Shown: in pieces, positions 28,226-38,400 of the stretch | Position numbering within the stretch: the stretch's first letter is position 1 | Layout: every line of letters starts with the position of its first letter | Assembly (NCBI GenBank): GCA_029247315.1 | Contig: JAQWLM010000027.1 | Span: 13,113-77,112 of the forward strand | From: Verrucomicrobiota bacterium | GTDB taxonomy: Bacteria; Verrucomicrobiota; Verrucomicrobiia; Limisphaerales; AAA164-E04 | Reading direction: 5' to 3' | DNA length: 64,000 bases | Position numbers and translations under genes: made by a program | Notes under the pieces: generated by a model | The model's database searches: none | What the model was told of the DNA's origin: nothing | The model's input: only the letters and a program-made list of their open reading frames with translations

Positions 28226-29602
28226 ATGTCTCCGCTGCCTTCCGATAACCTTTCCCGGTGTTCCTGCATTCGCATACCCATCCTTTGGATGCTTGTGGCA
28301 TCCCTTCTCGCTACCTCCATTTGTCTTCACGCCGTCAGACCCAACCTGATCCTGATTCTTGCGGATGATTTGGGTTATGGGGATTTGAGTTGCTATGGCA
28401 ATCAGGCCTTCACTACCCCTATGCTGGACCGGATGGCAGCCGAGGGATTAAGGTTTACAGACTTTCATTCCAGCGGTCCGGTGTGCAGCCCTACACGGGC
28501 TGGGTTGATGACCGGTAGGTATCAGCAGCGCAGCGGGATTCCCGGGGTGGTGAATGCTGATTTCAAAGCCAATCGACATCATGGATTGTATCCTGCGGAG
28601 GTGACCATGCCCGAGTTGATGCTGGATGCAGGATATCGAACGGCTATGTTTGGGAAGTGGCATCTGGGTTATAGGAAAAAATTTAATCCTGTACACCATG
28701 GGTTCGAGATTTTTCGTGGTTATGTCAGTGGTAACATTGACTACCATTCCCATGTGGATCGGATGGGAGTTTTTGACTGGTGGAACGCCAACCAACTTGA
28801 GAATGAAGAGGGCTATTCAACTTCATTGATCACGCAGCACGCACTTGATTTCATTGAACGCACCCGGGAAGATCCTTTTTTTCTCTACCTTGCATACGAG
28901 GCACCTCACGATCCCTATCAGGGGCCCAATGATCCACCCATACGGGTTGAGGGCAAGATCGTCCCCAACCGCTATGAACCAGGTCGAATTCCCCGGGCCT
29001 ATCGTGAGATGGTACAGGTCATGGATGAGGGTATTGGCCTTATTTTGGATGCCCTCAAGAGACAGGGCCTGGATCGCAATACACTGGTGTTTTTTTTCTC
29101 GGATAATGGCGCCAACAGGCATGGAAGCAATGGGGCATTGCGTGGCTACAAGGGGAGTCTCTGGGAAGGGGGTCACAGGGTGCCCGCCATTGCCTGGTGG
29201 CCGACGGTGATTCCCCCTAACTGTTTCTGTGATGACCTGGCCATCAGCCTGGATGTGATGCCGACCCTAATGGACCTGGCAGGTGCCACTTTGCCTGATG
29301 GGCACGTGCTGGATGGGCGATCCTTAAAACCTGCTTTTCTGAAAGGATCCCTGCCTGATCGATCACGCAGTCTTTTCTGGGCCTATGGTTCCAAGCGTGC
29401 CATGCGTGACGGCCCCTGGAAGTTCCTTATGGATACCCAACAACCTGATAAGTTTCAGCTTTTTCATCTTGATGAGGATGAGGCTGAGCAGGTTAACCTT
29501 GCTCCTGATCATCCAGAAAAAAGCAAACGGATGCGATCTGATTTGTCGACGTGGCTGCAGGGCGTGAATCTTGACGCAACGGAACAGGAACCTGTCTTGT
29601 AG
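28226..29602 (+). CDS. S1-family sulfatase (arylsulfatase-like), secreted
   Basis: NLILILADDLGYGD, CSPTRAGLMTG (C-x-P-x-R), GKWHLG, FFSDNGA. The track start at 28196 is GTG; the first ATG is at 28226, and another (MLVASLL) is at 28289. Confidence 0.85.
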   Translation: MSPLPSDNLSRCSCIRIPILWMLVASLLATSICLHAVRPNLILILADDLGYGDLSCYGNQAFTTPMLDRMAAEGLRFTDFHSSGPVCSPTRAGLMTGRYQQRSGIPGVVNADFKANRHHGLYPAEVTMPELMLDAGYRTAMFGKWHLGYRKKFNPVHHGFEIFRGYVSGNIDYHSHVDRMGVFDWWNANQLENEEGYSTSLITQHALDFIERTREDPFFLYLAYEAPHDPYQGPNDPPIRVEGKIVPNRYEPGRIPRAYREMVQVMDEGIGLILDALKRQGLDRNTLVFFFSDNGANRHGSNGALRGYKGSLWEGGHRVPAIAWWPTVIPPNCFCDDLAISLDVMPTLMDLAGATLPDGHVLDGRSLKPAFLKGSLPDRSRSLFWAYGSKRAMRDGPWKFLMDTQQPDKFQLFHLDEDEAEQVNLAPDHPEKSKRMRSDLSTWLQGVNLDATEQEPVL

Positions 29603-30640
29603 ACTCGATGTGCACGTGCAAACTTTCTGAAAAATGATCTGAAGCAAGTCGTTTTCAGGTTTGAGAAATCAGTTCCAGTAAAGAGATGATTTGTTTGGGA
29701 TTCGTGTGTCATACCGCATCCGATCAAAAATGCATGTGGGTTTCATGGCGTATTTATCTGAATGGCAAAAGGGCATTACATGAACACCATCCTTCGTTAT
29801 AAAACCTGTTTACAGTTGTCATGGACAGACCTGGGGCACAAGCCAATGATGGAACCATGGATCTTTATGATCACCTGAAACTAAGTGTTATCAGTGGGAA
29901 GGATTGCTCCGTAGCTCCGAGCTTGAAAAACGATCAGGGAGAGTATTTGAATAGGGTTTGCCATGAATAGCTAAGTGCCACAGGAAATCTTCAGCCATCA
30001 TGCAGCCACGGACCATACATCCCCGGTAAAGCCAGTTCCGACACCGCCCCTGGCTCCCCCGAATGTCAGTGGGGCAAAGACCCGTCAACAAGCAGTTCGC
30101 AGGATTCACCAGGTCAAGGAAGGTTTTTTTACCGTGTATCCTGTCTTTGAGCTTAACTTTACCACACTGTTCTCAGTGGCATTTCTCCTTCTTGATCGCC
30201 CTCAAGAATTTTTTCTGTTAGCAATGCAAGCATTACCTTCCATTGGGCGTGATTTACCCAGGTGGAACGAGTTTTTTTACTCGAAAGAAACTCGGTGATT
30301 TGAGATGAATATCGCAGCTTGTTCATATAAAAGCGCGTCCATGATGCCACGGTGATGGGTTCGGTTCGGCGTCGCGGCGTTCTTCAGGCGAGTTTGCTTT
30401 GAAGTCAGCACCATTTTCAAAATCACCCTTGAATGGATGTGTGCAGGACAGGGCAAGAACTTTTTTAGAGCAATTCTCATCTTAGAATACAACAGAACAC
30501 CGAGCTTCTTTTCGAAGGACTTGCGGAAAAAGGATTAGATTTAGAAATCTACTTGTGTCTTGTCACAAGTGTGGGTATCACGCATTGGTATCAACGAGCT
30601 CTGGACACTTTGTAACATTTTAACACGATACGGATAAATT

Positions 30641-31366
30641 ATGGGACGACAATGGCTTCATTCAAAGAAGGCTGTGGCCTCCAAAAAAAAGGCTCAGGCC
30701 ACGGGGAAACTCGTGCGTGAAATCGTGGTGGCTGCCAAGTTGGGAGGAGTGGATCCAGAAATGAATCCACGTCTGGCGCAGGCTTGTGAGAAGGCCCGCA
30801 AGGCCAGTGTTTCAAAGGATGTGATTGAGCGTGCCTGTAAGAAAGGGGGAGGTGGTGACGAGACCTCGCTGAGTTCTCTGATGTTTGAGGGCTATGCTCC
30901 CCATAAGGTGCCGGTTATTGTTGAGACCCTTACCGACAACCCAAACCGAACTGCTCCCGAGTTGAGAGTGCTTTTCAGAAAGGGTCAGTTGGGTGCACCA
31001 GGGAGTAACAAGTTTCTCTTTGACCTGGTCGGTATGGTAGAAGCCTATCGTGATGCTGGGGAATTGGATCTCGAAGAGATTGCCATTGAGGCCGGTGCCA
31101 ACGAGGTGGAAACACTGAGTAACAGCCAGAACGATGATATTCCTGAGGATGCCTTAGGTGCGCGGTTCCTCTGTGAACGAGGCGATATTCATGCCGTTTC
31201 CAAGTGGTTGGCGGCGCATGACTGGAAGATTGTCACCAGTGAACCTGGTTATATTTCCAAAAACAACTGTCAACTCAAGGAGGATCAGTATGAGGAAGTC
31301 GGGGCCTTTCTCGAAGACCTGGATGAGCATGATGATGTGCACCGCATTTGGGCCGCTTTGCCCTAG
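30641..31366 (+). CDS. yebC: YebC/PmpR-family DNA-binding regulatory protein
   Basis: Family-typical N-terminus (KKAQATGKLVREIVVAAKLGGVDPEMNPRL...AKKASVSKDVIERA) and length (241 aa). Confidence 0.9.
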   Translation: MGRQWLHSKKAVASKKKAQATGKLVREIVVAAKLGGVDPEMNPRLAQACEKARKASVSKDVIERACKKGGGGDETSLSSLMFEGYAPHKVPVIVETLTDNPNRTAPELRVLFRKGQLGAPGSNKFLFDLVGMVEAYRDAGELDLEEIAIEAGANEVETLSNSQNDDIPEDALGARFLCERGDIHAVSKWLAAHDWKIVTSEPGYISKNNCQLKEDQYEEVGAFLEDLDEHDDVHRIWAALP

Positions 31367-31459
31367 TCACCAATACTTAAATGTGCCCAAACCCTGTTGT
31401 GCAATCTGCATTGATATCCAGGAGCGCTCCTGAAAAGGATACTCTCCAGGCTACTTTTT

Positions 31460-32575
31460 TCAGTGTGATTCACCTTGTTTCAGTGTTTTTTCCATGAAGG
31501 CGTAGGCCGCATGTCGGACTTCTTCCGGGAAGTCATGGCCACATTTCGGGTGCATCAGATGAAGAGAGTCATCTTGCCCCAATAGTTGAAATACCGGACG
31601 TGCTGCGCGGACAACTTTTGTAACGCTTGACCATTTGAAATTTGTGTCCCCAAGGGGGGCACTGATGAAAAGGCCCCTTGGTGCCAGAGCCGCGACAAGC
31701 TCGTGAAAATCAAACGGTATTTTCTCCAGTTCATAATCCAGTAGTCGTGGCATGTATCGGTTGCTGGTCCATCCAAGGATGTTGCCACCCTTATAGTCCA
31801 GAAATGAATCAAATCCACAGCTGGAGGCAACTACCTGCAGGCGTTCATCGAGCACAGCTGTATAGATAGCATTATGGCCACCCAGAGAGTGCCCAATGGC
31901 CGCAAAACCCGATGCATCGACTTCGGGCATGGAAGCGAGCAAGTCCAGTCCTCTTCGATTATCCCAGATTGCCTTCATGGTGCCACTGGCATAGCCGAGT
32001 GCTGCCAGATCGGGTTGATAATTGGCCAAGAGAGGGTAAGCAGGGGAAAGGGTGACCCATCCCCTCTCTGCCAGTTCGTGGGCGTATTGTCTTCCGCTCC
32101 TGCCGCCGAGCCCCACTACCACTTTGTGCCCCACGCGATCATCGGTTGGGTGCAGACAGAGTGCTGCTTTCACCTTCCTGCCGGGCTGCAGCGCCCGCTT
32201 GGGAATACAGAGATAGGCTGGTGTTCTGGACCCAGGTTCTGTCTGATACGTGATCCGCTGGCGTATGTAGGAACCCACGTCTGTTTCCTCCAACACTCGG
32301 AGGTCCAGGTTACATCGACTGTTATCATCAGGCATGTCGCCCATCACGGCAGTCATGCCGTCGAGGATTTGCTTGCGTCGTTTGATCCACTCCTTGGCAT
32401 GGGTTATGGTGACCGGAATGCCGTTGCTTGCGCGGAACAGCAGCAGATTGCTTCTCGGTAAGCGCTGGGTATTTGGAGGCTTTCCCAGTTGAGCCTCGAT
32501 ACTCAAGTGACTCCATAGACAAAGGAAGCAAACAAGTCCTGCAAATATCCCTGTGTGACGTAAACCAAACCGCAT
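31460..32575 (-). CDS. secreted alpha/beta hydrolase (esterase; dienelactone-hydrolase/acetyl-esterase-like)
   Basis: Signal peptide, nucleophile elbow GHSLGG, and a C-terminal His context (HPKCGHDFP). I chose the ATG at 32573-32575; the track start at 32590 would overlap nagA. Confidence 0.75.
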   Translation of the reverse strand: MRFGLRHTGIFAGLVCFLCLWSHLSIEAQLGKPPNTQRLPRSNLLLFRASNGIPVTITHAKEWIKRRKQILDGMTAVMGDMPDDNSRCNLDLRVLEETDVGSYIRQRITYQTEPGSRTPAYLCIPKRALQPGRKVKAALCLHPTDDRVGHKVVVGLGGRSGRQYAHELAERGWVTLSPAYPLLANYQPDLAALGYASGTMKAIWDNRRGLDLLASMPEVDASGFAAIGHSLGGHNAIYTAVLDERLQVVASSCGFDSFLDYKGGNILGWTSNRYMPRLLDYELEKIPFDFHELVAALAPRGLFISAPLGDTNFKWSSVTKVVRAARPVFQLLGQDDSLHLMHPKCGHDFPEEVRHAAYAFMEKTLKQGESH

Positions 32576-32577
32576 GA

Positions 32578-33717
32578 TCAAGGCTTCCATGTCGGGTTTG
32601 TTTGAATGTTGAAGGGAGTGTCTGGCATGGCTTCAATGATGCAGAAACTGGAGGGTGATCCGGGGTCGAGTCCTGTTGGAAGTTCCATCCAACGTGCGGG
32701 AATCTCCGAAAAATGTTGCCACACTTCACGCCAACTCACACCGAGCATGGCGGCTGCACGTTCAATGCCCTCGCGGGGACTCAGGGCGGATCCTGCAAAA
32801 TTGGTTTTTCCAGGTTGATGTACGATCTGGTCCTCCCCGATCTCCAGTTCAAGATGTCCGATGGTGTAGTGGCCCGGTTCCGCCCCAGCACCCGACATGG
32901 CATCGGTGGTATAGTAGATCCTGTGACCCGGGATAAGGCGATGCAGGATGCGGAATAAAGTGGGTGAAACATGCATCTTGTCCGGGATCAAGCCAGTGAA
33001 CCATGGGCCCGAATCAAGTGCTCGAAACAGTTGATTGTCGTGCCTGTCAAGTTGCTGTGGGCAGGCGTTCCCAAGATGAGTGAACCCGGAGGCACCCGCA
33101 TCACTTGCGCATGCCAGTGTAGCAGCATTTGCATCGGTATGTCCCAGACTGACACGTAAGCCGGATCGAGCGGCTTCTTTGATCGCCTCCATACTGCCGG
33201 GACGCTCCGGAGCCAGGGTTAGCAGCACAGGGTCATCCAGAGTGATGTTACGTAATTCCTGAATCAACTTGATACTGGGATCACTCATGCTGGGAACATG
33301 ATGGGCACCGCAATACCCCGGAGTTTCGGATAGGAATGGGCCCTCCAGATGCCACCCTGCAATGGATGCGCGCAGGATTGGATTGGTATCACGTATGCGC
33401 TTGATGCGTTTGAGCCGTTTCATCATGGTATCCCATGGTGCAGTGATGAGTGTCAGGAAACATCGGCTACAACCGTCCCTGGCAAGGCTTGAAAGGGCCT
33501 TTAGAAGATCATCTTCCGTGGTTTCTTCTTGCTGAAAATCGATACCTCCGTATCCATTGATCTGCAGATCTACCATACCCGGCGCAAGCCATCTTTCTTT
33601 GAGTGGGTCAGGCTGGGTGGGGCGGACGTGCTGGATGGTAGCGTGGTCAAAGGTGACTTCTATCCAGCGACCGGACCGCCAGTCCCGTCCCTGAATAGCA
33701 TGGGTCAGATTGCTCAT
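32578..33717 (-). CDS. nagA: N-acetylglucosamine-6-phosphate deacetylase
   Basis: PGMVDLQINGYGGIDF, WHLEGPFLS, LGHTDA, THLGNA - the canonical NagA amidohydrolase motifs. Confidence 0.85.
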   Translation of the reverse strand: MSNLTHAIQGRDWRSGRWIEVTFDHATIQHVRPTQPDPLKERWLAPGMVDLQINGYGGIDFQQEETTEDDLLKALSSLARDGCSRCFLTLITAPWDTMMKRLKRIKRIRDTNPILRASIAGWHLEGPFLSETPGYCGAHHVPSMSDPSIKLIQELRNITLDDPVLLTLAPERPGSMEAIKEAARSGLRVSLGHTDANAATLACASDAGASGFTHLGNACPQQLDRHDNQLFRALDSGPWFTGLIPDKMHVSPTLFRILHRLIPGHRIYYTTDAMSGAGAEPGHYTIGHLELEIGEDQIVHQPGKTNFAGSALSPREGIERAAAMLGVSWREVWQHFSEIPARWMELPTGLDPGSPSSFCIIEAMPDTPFNIQTNPTWKP

Positions 33718-33749
33718 GGTGGTGTTCAGGGATCAAAACTCGCAGGAGC

Positions 33750-33779
33750 ATTGCAGTTCAATGCGGTTCAATGCGGTTC
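33750..33779. repeat. three tandem 10-bp direct repeats upstream of nagA
   Basis: The plus strand reads ATTGCAGTTC AATGCGGTTC AATGCGGTTC. Units 2 and 3 are identical; unit 1 differs at 2 positions. The array ends 32 nt upstream of the nagA ATG (minus strand). Confidence 0.85.
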
Positions 33780-33917
33780 ATGGGGTGTGGAACTCTCCCG
33801 ATCCCAAGTGTGCATCACGGCAGTCTAGTCTCTTCACTGCTAATGACACAAGTGCGGATATCGACTGAGAGTTTCGAGATGTCGATGGTCGGGCCACAGG
33901 TGAATTTGGTGCATGTA

Positions 33918-34865
33918 TCATGCACTGGATAGAAAACCATACCGGGAGTTACCATGTGTCTGTGGGGCAGACTCCAGGAAATGTTCCAGGGCGCGCATGT
34001 CCACGGGCTCCGTGGCACCTGATTGGGTGGCCACCAGGGCTCCCATGGCACAGCCCAACCTGCAGCTTGCCTGCAGAGACGCGTTGTTCAGGATTCCATC
34101 CACAAAACCAGCGGTACAGGCATCACCCGCCCCGATGGGTTCCTTCATGTTGATGCAGAACCCCGGTTGATACACTGGAGATTCCTCGGCGCTGAAGGCA
34201 AGCGCCCCTTCAGATCCAAGTGTGATCAGGCAATGACTCAGATTCCATGTCTTGACCAGGGCAGTTCCCATTTTCGTCAGGTCGTCCTCTGGCATTCCGA
34301 ACCAGTGAGCCAGTGTTCCCGTTTCTTCATTACTCAACTTGAGCACGTGGGCCTGTTGCAGTGATGTTTCCACTGTCGCGCGTGTGTAACAGGATTTTCG
34401 GAGATTGATGTCGCATACCACGAGGGCATCTTGTCCCATTTGATCCAGTAACCATTGGAGAGTTTTGCGCGAGCATTCGGTCCGTTGGGCGAGTGTTCCA
34501 AAGCATATGGCATCTGCTTTTCTTGCAAGATCGCGCAGTTGATCTGAGGGTTTGATGTGATCATAGGCGACGTGGGGAACAATGTGGTAGTCCGGATTGT
34601 TGCAAACATCGAATTGGATTTCAACGGTGCCGGTCGGGAAGTCGGGGTCTTGCTGGATGCCTTCCAGCGACATGCCGTATTTGGTAAGTGATGCCTGGGC
34701 TTGTTTGCCGAGAGTATCTTGTCCGAGCTTGGAAACAATGACGCTGTGGTGTCCCAAAGTGTGCATGCGATAAGCAAAATTACAGGGCGCTCCACCCAAT
34801 GATGGTCCTTCAGGTAGCAGGTCCCACAAAATTTCTCCGAAGGAGATGATAGTTCGATGAGGCAT
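33918..34865 (-). CDS. PfkB-family carbohydrate kinase (fructokinase/amino-sugar kinase-like)
   Basis: GGAPCNFAYRM and PIGAGDACTAGFV PfkB signatures. The track start at 34886 is TTG; a verified ATG is at 34863-34865. Confidence 0.8.
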   Translation of the reverse strand: MPHRTIISFGEILWDLLPEGPSLGGAPCNFAYRMHTLGHHSVIVSKLGQDTLGKQAQASLTKYGMSLEGIQQDPDFPTGTVEIQFDVCNNPDYHIVPHVAYDHIKPSDQLRDLARKADAICFGTLAQRTECSRKTLQWLLDQMGQDALVVCDINLRKSCYTRATVETSLQQAHVLKLSNEETGTLAHWFGMPEDDLTKMGTALVKTWNLSHCLITLGSEGALAFSAEESPVYQPGFCINMKEPIGAGDACTAGFVDGILNNASLQASCRLGCAMGALVATQSGATEPVDMRALEHFLESAPQTHGNSRYGFLSSA

Positions 34866-35080
34866 GACTGGTATGGGATGATCCAAAGGGTTTTAGAAGT
34901 GGGGTCCATGTTTTAAGTCACATGACCACCCTGTTTGTGGTGCGCGTCTGGATGCTTGCTCTAGTTTTCAGTGGTCTCCTTCGATCTACAGGTCATGGCA
35001 CCACCGTTTGTTCATTTTGGTAATGGGTAGTTTCCAATACCTTTCATCTGTATGCATGCTGCGGAACACTGCCAGCAAGT

Positions 35081-35446
35081 TCAGGGAGCAAGTTTCAGAA
35101 TGCTGCGTGCCTCGGTTTTCTGCTCACTTTTGAGTTGCCGGAAAACAGCATCGCGGTTTTTGGCCGCTTTACGATCGTTCTGGGCCGCAGCTCGATAAAA
35201 CCAAAGATAGGCTTTCATGGAATCCTGCTCCACACCATCACCCGAATAATAACGAGCTCCCAGATTGTTCTGGGCCAGGGGGTGGCCTTGTTCAGCGGAT
35301 TTGATCAGCCAGACCAGTGCGGCTGCATCATCCAGTTCCATTCCCATGCCGATGGCCTGACGCCATCCGAGTTCGTATTGTGCATCCCGATCACCTTCTT
35401 CTGCCTTTGAGCGGATCGCCTCGATTTGTTCTTCGCTAAGTTCCAT
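35081..35446 (-). CDS. Sel1-repeat (TPR-like) protein
   Basis: Repeated A.YELG/NLG...G.GV..D...A..W..KAA pattern (DAQYELGWRQAIGMG, LAQNNLGARYYSGDGVEQDSMKAYLWFYRAA). The track start at 35476 is GTG; the ATG is at 35444-35446. Confidence 0.75.
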   Translation of the reverse strand: MELSEEQIEAIRSKAEEGDRDAQYELGWRQAIGMGMELDDAAALVWLIKSAEQGHPLAQNNLGARYYSGDGVEQDSMKAYLWFYRAAAQNDRKAAKNRDAVFRQLKSEQKTEARSILKLAP

Positions 35447-35488
35447 GGTTTGATTGATGACGCTGCGCTGTCGCACGCATGCGATTGG

Positions 35489-38400
35489 TTACTTGCTGCT
35501 GCGTTGTTGACGCAGGGTCATACTGCCCACCCATCTCTTGTTATATTTTTGGATCCAATCGTCACTGAGATGCTTTGGTCGTTGTTCGTTACCGTATGCC
35601 TGAGAATCCATGCCATGCCATGGGAGAGGTGCGACCGTCCATCCTTGAGCGACATGGAAGTCGGCATCTTTGTCCCATCCAGATGAGAAAAAGAAAAAGT
35701 CTCGTTCCTGTCCATTTTCTTTGGCAGGGATGCGATTCGTGGCAAATTTCAATGTCAGTTCGTCTCCGCCATTCATCAAGACCAGTTGGTTGTCGCGCGA
35801 GGCAATCAGTGGATCCACTTCTCCATAGCGAGTACACCATCCCGAGGGGGTTATCAGCCAATTCGGGGCAAAGTCGATGTCTTCATAGTCGGGTGTCAAA
35901 GGCTGTGTCCATGCCTGGTCGAGATAACGACTGAACCCACGCCAGTGAAGGTCGGTTTGGGCAGGAGCAATCGTGTGCACCTGTGTGTATGCGTTCGTCA
36001 TGGTTTGCATGAGTTGAATGCGATCCCAGTGGATTTCAAAGGACATGGTTAATCTGAGTCGAAGAGGCCCTGTGGGGAGTTGTCCATTCAGGTCTGTCAC
36101 AATCGTCTTGGTCTTGCCTGCCGGAGCGCCAATCTCGATCGGCATGCTTTTCCATTGGCCGTTGGATGTCAGTCTTTCCAAAGTTGGAAAAGGGAAGGGG
36201 AGTTGCGGATCGTGAGAGGCTCCGATATTGGACATGCCACCACCAAAATGCAGCCATCCAGTCATGACCAGTGCCCAGGGTTTGGTCCCGTCAACGTGGC
36301 CAAAATCAAGTTCAAGTGCGAAGGGCTCGGCCAGGCCACGAAGCTGAGGGGCACGCAGGTTCACTGGGGATGCCATGTGCTTGTCGATTTCTTGAAGTGC
36401 CTCGGTGCAGTCCATCCCGTCACTGCGCATGGCGGAGCGAAGGCTCTTAGCATGACCCAGGGTCTGTATGCCATGTTGAGGGAAGGGCGGCCTGGCCACG
36501 AGTTTGCTGGTTGAATGCACTTCTGTCCCGGTGGGGTGATCCACGATAATCATTTTGGCCTCATCAAGATAAAGCACCTCACGTAATTCCTCGGTAACCT
36601 GCAGTATATGGTTTCCATTTTTGGGAGGGAATATGGATTCATTTCCTACCCATACGATTTCTTCAGTATCCGCGGGGATATAAACTCCCTCCTTTGCCGG
36701 CAGGCCAAGCGGTGCCGCACCCAGAAGATCTGTCACAAAGCGATACTTCTCGCCGTTCCAAGCATAAAGATATGGGCAAGAACCTGTAGGCATCTCAAGT
36801 TCAAATAAAACCAGGCTGGAGCAATCCTCGATTTCGTAATCCACCTGCGTGATGGTATCCGTCCAGTGGGGGTCTATGGAATCTACTTTCTTGCGTTTGC
36901 CAAGTCCAATTTCCAGGGGCAACTCGTGCAGGGTTCGCGCCAGGCGGAGTCCACCGGTGGTGACCTCCACCTTAACGCCAATGCCGCTTGGATTGGATCT
37001 GCTTCCCTCCATGCGTATTTTCATCATTGTGTTGCGGTTGCCACCCTCGTTGCGAAGGATCCGAAGGGTCTGATCCTCCAGTGTGAGCAAAAGATCAGAA
37101 TCACAGTCACCATCGAAATCTCCCCGGGACAATGATTGAATATTATCCAGTTTGAGTTGCTCCAGGCCCAGTGTTCTGGTGCTCTCTACAAATCCCGAGA
37201 GACCCTCGTTGCGCCATGCACGAAAGATACCTTTTCCATAAACCAAGATGTCCAGCCATCCGTCATTGTCATAGTCGATGCATTGGACGGAATCTGCAGT
37301 CGTGCTCCCGATATCGATGTTCTGAGCCTTGGTATCTCCCTGAAGTCTTATCTGCAGTCCATCAGAAGTCAAAAAGGCCACATCTGTTCGCAGATCATTG
37401 TTTAGATCAGCAACTGCCAATGTCTTCGCCTTTGGCCAATCGTCAGAAATGGCAGCTTGCGTCATTGAGCCACCGCGTTGCTTGAGATAGAGCTGAGCAG
37501 TATCGGTTTCACGGGCAATGAAAAGATCGGGAAGATCATCTCCATCCCAGTCTGCCACGACCAAATCACTGACGCCCTCGATATCCGCAGGAAAGCTTGA
37601 ATGCCTGGTTTCATGGGTGAACGAAAATGTCCCCTGGTTGCGGTGGTAAAGTAATGAACGATTGGTTGTGTTGATGCTGAGCAGATCCAGTTTTCCGGTG
37701 ATATCGAAGTCCGTCAGTCTACCCTTGAGGGCCTGCAGAGGGGCAAGCTGGGTAAACAGGGATGAATCCGAAAGCATACCGTTGGGGGAAATTTGAAATA
37801 CTTGAGTTCCTTTGTCCGTGAGAAGAATGGCATCCTCCTGTTGTCCCCCACGCATGGAGCCCTGATGTTGCAGGTCGCCAATCAGGCACTGGAAATAGGT
37901 TGCTTCGGGGAGAAGAGGCAGTGGGAATCCATGGGCTTGGAAGACGCCAGCCCTCTTGATAAGCATTGTGTAGCCCTTTCCCTTTTCGCGAACCAGTAAG
38001 TCCAGTTGGTCATCGTGTCCCACATCGACCACTCCTGCTGGTCCCAGGTAAGTGGATGCCTTGTCGCCGAGGAATGCCTCTGTGGCATCGGTGAAATAGA
38101 CCTTGATGCCGTTGGCATCCGGTTGCTCAAGTTGGAACGGGGCAATTGGTTCCGTGTAGATACACTTTTCGGTTGTGGATGGATCCGCACTGAGTGGTTG
38201 CGCGGAGATGACGGATTGATGTCTTTCCAGCATTTGTTCCGCTTCCTTTTGGCGTTCAAGGCGTATGTAGGTCTGGCTGAGGTTGTAGAAGGCAGAGGGG
38301 TGCTGTGGATCAAACTGGATGACTTCCTCAAATTGCAACGATGCCGACTCCCATTGTCCAAGGCCTTGGTAGGAGCGTCCCAACTGGTAACTGACGGCAT

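Noticed and set aside
30095-30135. CACCAGGTCAAGGAAGG followed by T7. It superficially resembles the SRP (4.5S) RNA domain IV motif ACCAGGUCAGGUCCGGAAGGAAGC and a terminator.
   Set aside because: Only a partial string match. The GGUCCGGAAGGAAGCAGC core and a long pairing partner strand are missing, and the stem before the T-run is only 3 bp.
29975-30298. 107-aa plus-strand ORF (MPQEIFSHHAATDHTSPVKPVPTPPLAPP...).
   Set aside because: The first half is low-complexity, it has no recognisable motifs, and it lies in the T-run-rich decayed region. I did not report it as a gene and kept it within the ORF-poor-gap finding.
30380-30470. Minus-strand peptide HPFKGDFENG in the ORF-poor gap, reminiscent of the Fic motif HPFx[DE]GNGR.
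   Set aside because: The spacing and the Arg residues of the motif do not match, there is no start codon in that frame, and the surrounding sequence is not Fic-like.
31419-31432. Palindrome CAGGAGCGCTCCTG between convergent yebC and the esterase gene, considered as a bidirectional terminator.
   Set aside because: The usable stem is only 5 bp once a loop is allowed, and neither side has an adjacent U-tract. The nearby T6 run at ~31454 is not preceded by a convincing stem.
33750-33779. Tandem decamers considered as a CRISPR or minisatellite.
   Set aside because: There are only three contiguous 10-bp units with no spacers and no cas genes. I kept them as a short regulatory or slippage repeat, not a CRISPR array.
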